DNA from: a virus
Taxonomy: Duplodnaviria > Caudoviricetes
Length of the DNA: 51,816 nucleotides
IMG/VR virus record: IMGVR_UViG_3300027908_000080
Coordinates: 1-51,816 of that record
Strand: one strand, 5' to 3'
Below, in pieces: positions 46,820-51,816 of the stretch. The stretch's first letter is position 1. Every line of letters begins with the position of its first letter. Below the pieces are notes generated by a model that saw only the letters and a program-made list of their open reading frames with translations, searched no databases and was not told where the DNA came from. Made by a program: the position numbers and the translations under genes.

Positions 46820-47373
46820 CTTGTTATAGTAATTGTAAATGTTTGAGGATTAGCAACTCCTAAAGCAGCAATAAAAAATATAGCTGCTGACTGTCCAGGG
46901 GTGTTCTGAGAACACTCTATTTGAAAAAAGCCGTTGCCTGAGCCATCAGTGGTATATCCAACATTACCTACACCTTGCTGAACTACGTTAAAAGTTGTAT
47001 TATTAGGACTAGCTGGTGAGTTATTCCAAGATGGAGATATAGATATAGCTGATATAGTGCTTCCCCAATTACCAGTTCCAGTTATAGTAAATAGTATTGT
47101 TGGAACTGATATAGATACAGCATTATCAATTCCTGGAACTGTGGCAATATCAACATTGATTGAGTTAGTGCTAGTCTGATATACACTAGAGTCTAATGTA
47201 AAAGTTAAAGTTCCTGATGGAGAACCACCATTATTACCTAAGTTATTAGTTAATGAAAGATAGGAAGGAGTTATTTGGCTATTTATTTGTTGGTCAATAA
47301 ATGGCAAATCATTCATAGTCATAGATTGACTATAGCATGACAAGGAACTTAATAGTATTACTAAGTATTTCAT
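46816..47373 (-). CDS. Signal-peptide, beta-rich protein (probable start 47373)
   Basis: MKYLVILLSSLSCYSQ; ATGA overlap. Confidence 0.55.
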   Translation of the reverse strand: MKYLVILLSSLSCYSQSMTMNDLPFIDQQINSQITPSYLSLTNNLGNNGGSPSGTLTFTLDSSVYQTSTNSINVDIATVPGIDNAVSISVPTILFTITGTGNWGSTISAISISPSWNNSPASPNNTTFNVVQQGVGNVGYTTDGSGNGFFQIECSQNTPGQSAAIFFIAALGVANPQTFTITITR

Positions 47374-48005
47374 TGAAACGTAGTTGTGCAATAATTAGTT
47401 AATACTCCACTATTTACTAAATAACTAACAATTCCCCACTTACCAGCAAGTATAGATAGTAAGTTAGTTGAATTTACTCCTGCTCTACCAACTGTCATAC
47501 TAAGGGTTATAGTATTAGTAGATGAATTGCTAACTGACAATGATGCCCATGCTCCAGTCCCAGTTATATTAGTTATTCCAACATTATTAGTAGAAATGTA
47601 TTTCCAATAAGAATTATTAATAGATAAACTATTAGTATTAGAAGGGAAAGTTGACCATGTGTATAGATTAGTATTGATATAATTTATTACATTAGTGGTT
47701 ACTTGATTTATTATATTAGTAGTTATAGTATTAGTAACATAAGTATAAACATTAGTGGTAATTATATTTATGAGATTCGTAGTTAATAATTGACTCGTAA
47801 AATTAGTATCATTGGCCAAAAAATTCTCAAATTGTCCTACTGTTATATTATAGTTGCCAACACCAGTGTTAGAGAGTAGTAATAGTAGACTAGGTGCAGG
47901 ATTAGGATTATTTGGAAATAATGAAACTGGAGTAATATTAAGACCTGCCCCTATAACTAAGAGTAAAATACAACCACAACTCGCTCCTACTAAATACTTT
48001 TTCAT
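47370..48005 (-). CDS. Signal-peptide, extremely TN-rich protein
   Basis: MKKYLVGASCGCILLLVIGAG; repeated TTN/VTN/NTN units. Confidence 0.6.
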   Translation of the reverse strand: MKKYLVGASCGCILLLVIGAGLNITPVSLFPNNPNPAPSLLLLLSNTGVGNYNITVGQFENFLANDTNFTSQLLTTNLINIITTNVYTYVTNTITTNIINQVTTNVINYINTNLYTWSTFPSNTNSLSINNSYWKYISTNNVGITNITGTGAWASLSVSNSSTNTITLSMTVGRAGVNSTNLLSILAGKWGIVSYLVNSGVLTNYCTTTFQ

Positions 48006-48313
48006 ATTAACATACCTCCACCTTCTGCTCCAATGGCAGTTCCACTAAATGGTTGAGGCCCAGTGTTACTAAGTGGAACAACAGTAGCTATTTGTTTCAA
48101 AGTAAAATTATGTGTTCCTTCAAATGTAAATGCTGCAACTATATCTGAGTATCCTTGCCAATTCACATTAACACTAAAGGCTGGCAAAGTTATGAAAGTT
48201 CCGCATCTATCTAACTTTGTAACAGGGTTTTCATCTAACCATCTTTGCAGTTGCCGAGGAACAGTTAATGCTCCTGAGTCATTAGATGGAGGTGGCACAA
48301 TTGGGGGAGGCAT
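48002..48313 (-). CDS. Hypothetical virion protein (probable start MPPP at 48313)
   Basis: ORF with AT-rich start context. Confidence 0.5.
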   Translation of the reverse strand: MPPPIVPPPSNDSGALTVPRQLQRWLDENPVTKLDRCGTFITLPAFSVNVNWQGYSDIVAAFTFEGTHNFTLKQIATVVPLSNTGPQPFSGTAIGAEGGGMLI

Positions 48314-48317
48314 AATA

Positions 48318-48752
48318 TTAACTCCTATCTTCCTTAAACGCGTGCCATCCACCAATTGTCACACCTTCGTATATGGCATCCATCTGTGCTTTCTCAAATA
48401 ATGTTGGCTGCGGTTTTATAGACTGCATAGCTTCTAGTAGAAGGTCATTAGACTCTTGTTCGTTGAGATTGGCAATCATTATATTGCATTGACCATCAAT
48501 AACTTGTAAAGTATTCTGGTATGCAGAATCATGTAGCTCTGCTGGCAAACTATACCATCCAGTAGGTATTAAGAATAGTAGTGCACCCCACAACTCCTTA
48601 GGCACAGATGCAAAATCTGTAGATGCTCCTATTGGGATTCTGTAATGCATACCACTTTTAGAAATATAATCTACAGGCTTGATGAGTTTACATACACTCA
48701 AATCAAGCGAGTAGATTATCTCTACATCTACAGTTGAGAATCCTGACTCCAT
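48318..48752 (-). CDS. DUF1353 family protein
   Basis: IPIGASTDFASVP, AELHDSAY, Y.GV..GG..AF. Confidence 0.85.
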   Translation of the reverse strand: MESGFSTVDVEIIYSLDLSVCKLIKPVDYISKSGMHYRIPIGASTDFASVPKELWGALLFLIPTGWYSLPAELHDSAYQNTLQVIDGQCNIMIANLNEQESNDLLLEAMQSIKPQPTLFEKAQMDAIYEGVTIGGWHAFKEDRS

Positions 48753-48757
48753 ATTAC

Positions 48758-49072
48758 TTATGGTGCTGGTGTAATTGCTGTTGCTACTGCACTTGCTACT
48801 GTAGCAGGAATAGCATTAAGAGAAGATACTTCGGCAGTTAAATCTACATTTGTAGCTTTAGCTTGAATTGCAGCAATAATAGGTGCTAGTGCAGTTTCAA
48901 GTGCAGTTTCAAGTTCTTGTGGAAGTGCTGCTATTGCAGCATCTAGTTGTGCCTGTGTTGTCATAATTTTATTCTCCAGTTCTTTTATCCTTTCAAGGAT
49001 TTTTATTTCGGTTTGCTGTATTGCCATTAATATTTGATGTGACAAATTATAATGTTCTTGTTCTTCTGACAT
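48758..49072 (-). CDS. Small coiled-coil Ala-rich protein
   Basis: 104-aa ORF with internal MTTQAQLDAAI. Confidence 0.6.
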   Translation of the reverse strand: MSEEQEHYNLSHQILMAIQQTEIKILERIKELENKIMTTQAQLDAAIAALPQELETALETALAPIIAAIQAKATNVDLTAEVSSLNAIPATVASAVATAITPAP

Positions 49073-49073
49073 A

Positions 49074-49682
49074 CTACCAACAAAGATTAATCATTAGTCC
49101 TGCATCAATGTCATTACCATTTTTAGTGGAATACACATAATGCTCATAATCACCTATTAATCCCATATTAAGAATATATTTATTACTAAAGTTGTGAGAA
49201 AATAGAGTAACCCAAGCTCCTGGCCCAACACTACCATACAATGACGAACTTCCCATTCCTACTGAAGTTTCAAGAAATGGATGAACTACAAAGCTGCCAA
49301 CAGTATATGTTGCTTGTATTTGTGCTTGAACTCCTGCCTCAGTCTTTTGATGGTCAACACTTTGAATCCTTAGTCCAGTCCAAAGAACTGGATTAACTTG
49401 GTACAGTATAGCTGCACCTTCACCAAATGCTTTAGTTGAAGTATCATAAATAGCAAATGGAATTACTACCCAATTAGTAGCAGATAGATTAAGAGTTGAA
49501 GTAATTCCAGATGGCTCTGGAAGAGTAGTAACTGGTGGAGGAATGGCAAACACCCCTATTGTAGGAGGTAATGTTGGCATCCCATTAGTTTGCAATACTC
49601 CATTTACATATGTTGCTTGTGCATAAATAGATAATGCACAAAAGAAAGTCGCGCAGATAAGTATTAATTTTTTCATGGTCAT
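49074..49682 (-). CDS. Signal-peptide protein, possible outer-membrane beta-barrel
   Basis: MKKLILICATFFCALSIYA-Q; alternating amphipathic strands; terminal Trp. Confidence 0.5.
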   Translation of the reverse strand: MTMKKLILICATFFCALSIYAQATYVNGVLQTNGMPTLPPTIGVFAIPPPVTTLPEPSGITSTLNLSATNWVVIPFAIYDTSTKAFGEGAAILYQVNPVLWTGLRIQSVDHQKTEAGVQAQIQATYTVGSFVVHPFLETSVGMGSSSLYGSVGPGAWVTLFSHNFSNKYILNMGLIGDYEHYVYSTKNGNDIDAGLMINLCW

Positions 49683-49844
49683 TTAATGATGTATAGGTTG
49701 TCCAAATACTACCCATCCAAGTAAAACAAGAAGGATGAATAAAAGTAAGTCTCCACCAAACCCGCGAAGGTTGGTGCGATTAGTATAAAGTCCGAATACT
49801 AGCCACATTAGAATTAGTATCCAATAGCACAGTGAGAATGTCAT
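49683..49844 (-). CDS. Small two-TM membrane protein (53 aa)
   Basis: MTFSLCYWILILMWLVFG...LLLFILLVLLGWVVFGQPIHH. Confidence 0.65.
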   Translation of the reverse strand: MTFSLCYWILILMWLVFGLYTNRTNLRGFGGDLLLFILLVLLGWVVFGQPIHH

Positions 49845-49848
49845 ATAA

Positions 49849-50178
49849 TTATTGAGGTATCATATTACCTGATGGTGGTTGGTTAGATTGTGAACCAAGG
49901 TTACTAATTGGTGAACCTTGCATAGTTATTTGCTGTCTTGTTGGGGGTGTTGTTATACTTTGTTTCTGTCCAAAATAAAATCCTACTATAATTAGTGTCA
50001 TAGAGTAAAGAGGTTCTGTAACCCCAATCTTAAACCACTCCATACCACATACGCAAATAACAACAATAAGAGTAATCCATCCACGCATGGATACATTCAT
50101 TAGTTGAGATTCAGACTTTTTAGTTGAATCATCTTTAGGTGCTTTAACTGATATTGTTGTTTGCTCTTCCATATTCAT
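49849..50178 (-). CDS. Holin-like two-TM protein
   Basis: Two hydrophobic helices ending IIVGFYFGQK. Confidence 0.55.
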   Translation of the reverse strand: MNMEEQTTISVKAPKDDSTKKSESQLMNVSMRGWITLIVVICVCGMEWFKIGVTEPLYSMTLIIVGFYFGQKQSITTPPTRQQITMQGSPISNLGSQSNQPPSGNMIPQ

Positions 50179-50311
50179 ATTAAATTATTCTTTTGACATC
50201 TATCTGCCAACTTAGCTAATTGTATTGCTTCTTTCTTAGTTATTTTCTTGCCAGTTGCTGATTTCATAGCTAAAGTTTTAGACAGCTTACGTTCAACTGT
50301 GTTCAAAGGTT

Positions 50312-50719
50312 TCACAATTCATCAGACTTTGTTGTAATCTTACCATACTTTGCTTTTAATTTATGCTCACAAACAGCACCTAAAATACCGGCTAGACTAC
50401 GTTCTATCTTAGAGACTCTAGCTTCGTCATGTAAAATATCTTCACATCTATGTGCTAGTTCTTTCCACTCTTCCATTGATAGTTCATAATTACGGTCTAA
50501 ATATTTGTTTAATAGATTATCTAAGTATAAATGGTCATCTTGATTATGTAATGCTTTTGCTATTTTCTCACCAAGAGTATCAATAAATAAGTCATTCACA
50601 AATTGAATTTTATTAAGTTTTAGCAGCATACCTAAGTAAGCCGCACTCAAAACAGTATTCCAAACACAAATACCACCAAACATTGCTAAAATAGCCACAT
50701 CAGATAGTCTGTCATTCAT
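50312..50719 (-). CDS. Membrane-anchored hypothetical protein
   Basis: N-terminal TM helix. Confidence 0.55.
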   Translation of the reverse strand: MNDRLSDVAILAMFGGICVWNTVLSAAYLGMLLKLNKIQFVNDLFIDTLGEKIAKALHNQDDHLYLDNLLNKYLDRNYELSMEEWKELAHRCEDILHDEARVSKIERSLAGILGAVCEHKLKAKYGKITTKSDEL

Positions 50720-50828
50720 AAGTAATATTATTGTTTAAAGCACCAAGACATCATTAAGTAAATAATAATTATAACTACAACTATCCCAAATAAAACACTA
50801 ACTGTTTGTTTTGTATATTTATCTAGTT

Positions 50829-51164
50829 TCATTTATGAGTTGCAAAGGTGGATATTGAATGTGTAACAGTATTCGACGTGCAAACCGCATAAAAATCCAT
50901 TGGATTTGACTCTTGAAAATAAATGAACTTGTTGCTTGTGAAAATTATCATCTTGAATCCGGTTACGTTAGTTACAGTTCCAATGGGTGCAGCTAATCCG
51001 GTAACTCCCATTCTACCAATATCATATTGAGCGTTGGTAGATTCAAACACTGCAAACACGCAATTCGGTGGCATAGTGTTTGTAAAATCCCAACCTATAC
51101 CAAATTGTCCGGCCTGCAACGAGGCGCACAGGGCGAGAAGAAATATGATTAAATATTTTACCAT
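50829..51164 (-). CDS. Signal-peptide, TN-containing small beta protein
   Basis: MVKYLIIFLLALCASLQA-G. Confidence 0.6.
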   Translation of the reverse strand: MVKYLIIFLLALCASLQAGQFGIGWDFTNTMPPNCVFAVFESTNAQYDIGRMGVTGLAAPIGTVTNVTGFKMIIFTSNKFIYFQESNPMDFYAVCTSNTVTHSISTFATHK

Positions 51165-51247
51165 AGACCATGGTTGAAATCGTGGTTGCAGCCACTAGCA
51201 ATCAACGCCAGCACCAAGAGGCACAGGATGGCGAAGGTGGGTTTCAT
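51158..51247 (-). CDS. Minimal lipoprotein (29 aa)
   Basis: MKPTFAILCLLVLALIASG-CNHDFNHGLW; lipobox; overlaps both neighbours. Confidence 0.55.
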   Translation of the reverse strand: MKPTFAILCLLVLALIASGCNHDFNHGLW

Positions 51248-51600
51248 TGCGTCAGTTGGATACCGGTCGCCACAAGATTTCCCGTGAACGTCAACGCCGT
51301 CATGCTCATGCTGAAATTAGTTGTCGTCTGTGCCGTGATTGATAAGCCCGGAATTGAAAGTCCGTTCTCGGTCATGCTGATAGCATAATTATTATTCGGA
51401 AATGCAGTCTTCCAGTTGAACGTGAATGAAGATACACCAATCAGAGCTACATTGGTAATGCCGGACTGAACCACCGGCACGGTGATGTTGTTGGTCGAAA
51501 TCGAATCAGCAACATAATGGGCAACGCTGTCAACACGCTGGCCGGAGACGCAGACTGCCAACACGCAAACTGAACAGATTGTGATAAATATTTTTTTCAT
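51244..51600 (-). CDS. Signal-peptide protein with a fibre-tip (gp53/H-lectin-like) domain (probable start 51600)
   Basis: MKKIFITICSVCVLAVCVSG; FNWKTAFPNNNYAISMT..AQTTTNF. Confidence 0.55.
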   Translation of the reverse strand: MKKIFITICSVCVLAVCVSGQRVDSVAHYVADSISTNNITVPVVQSGITNVALIGVSSFTFNWKTAFPNNNYAISMTENGLSIPGLSITAQTTTNFSMSMTALTFTGNLVATGIQLTQ

Positions 51601-51816
51601 TGGTAAAGTGGAACTTTGTAAAGGCTTCCGTTGTTTGTTACTCCTATCCAAAGAACCGGAGTAGTCGCATTGGCAGGAGGGGAATTTGTGGTCTGTAAAG
51701 TTGGTGAATTCTTTACGTTTATAGTTGGAACATATTCGATGAAATTATCCACATTTGATGTTGCAAATACGCTGATAGTGGATTGACCGTTTCCCAACCC
51801 TATTCTAATCGCATGG
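51597..51816 (-). CDS. 3' part of the origin-spanning GH27-like protein
   Basis: In frame with 1-2037 after collapsing the 10-bp overlap (...DTGHAI-RIGLGNGQS...YKVPLYQ). Confidence 0.8.
   Translation of the reverse strand, partial: HAIRIGLGNGQSTISVFATSNVDNFIEYVPTINVKNSPTLQTTNSPPANATTPVLWIGVTNNGSLYKVPLYQ
51807..51816. repeat. Terminal direct repeat, right copy
   Basis: AATCGCATGG, identical to 1-10. Confidence 0.9.

Noticed and set aside
51807-51816. Biological terminal repeat or cos end
   Set aside because: It falls inside a coding sequence, so it is best read as an assembly overlap

Overview
The window is an apparently complete ~51.8 kb AT-rich dsDNA bacteriophage genome with podovirus-like architecture. 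It is circularly permuted: bases 1-10 equal 51807-51816, and a 748-codon gene missing from the ORF track reads through the join. Two arms diverge from a non-coding control region at ~11.9-13.0 kb. The + arm (13-34 kb) carries early and replication genes: SF2 helicase, ATP-dependent ligase, sigma54 activator, Cas4-like exonuclease, Sak4-like ATPase, SSB candidate, split family A DNA polymerase, DUF3987-like helicase and two MazG-like proteins. The - arm (11.6 kb through the join to 33.9 kb) carries terminase, portal, scaffold, capsid, decoration/fibre-like proteins, membrane proteins, tail adaptor/nozzle and ejection proteins. I recognised no integrase, RNA polymerase, sigma factor, primase or endolysin. 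The most notable feature is an apparent sigma54-based transcription programme: at least eight intergenic -24/-12 motifs (TGGCAY-N6-TGCW) oriented with the gene blocks, a phage-encoded enhancer-binding AAA+ protein with no DNA-binding HTH, and a phased array of TGT-N11-ACA-like sites beside the earliest promoters. Also notable are signal-peptide-bearing, Thr-Asn-rich proteins inside the virion arm (one with a GH27-like fold), two large candidate structured RNAs (one with a group I intron-like core), a tRNA fold with an expanded anticodon loop, and a tandem HiPIP-like protein. All functional calls come from motif recognition by eye; no database search or folding computation was run.
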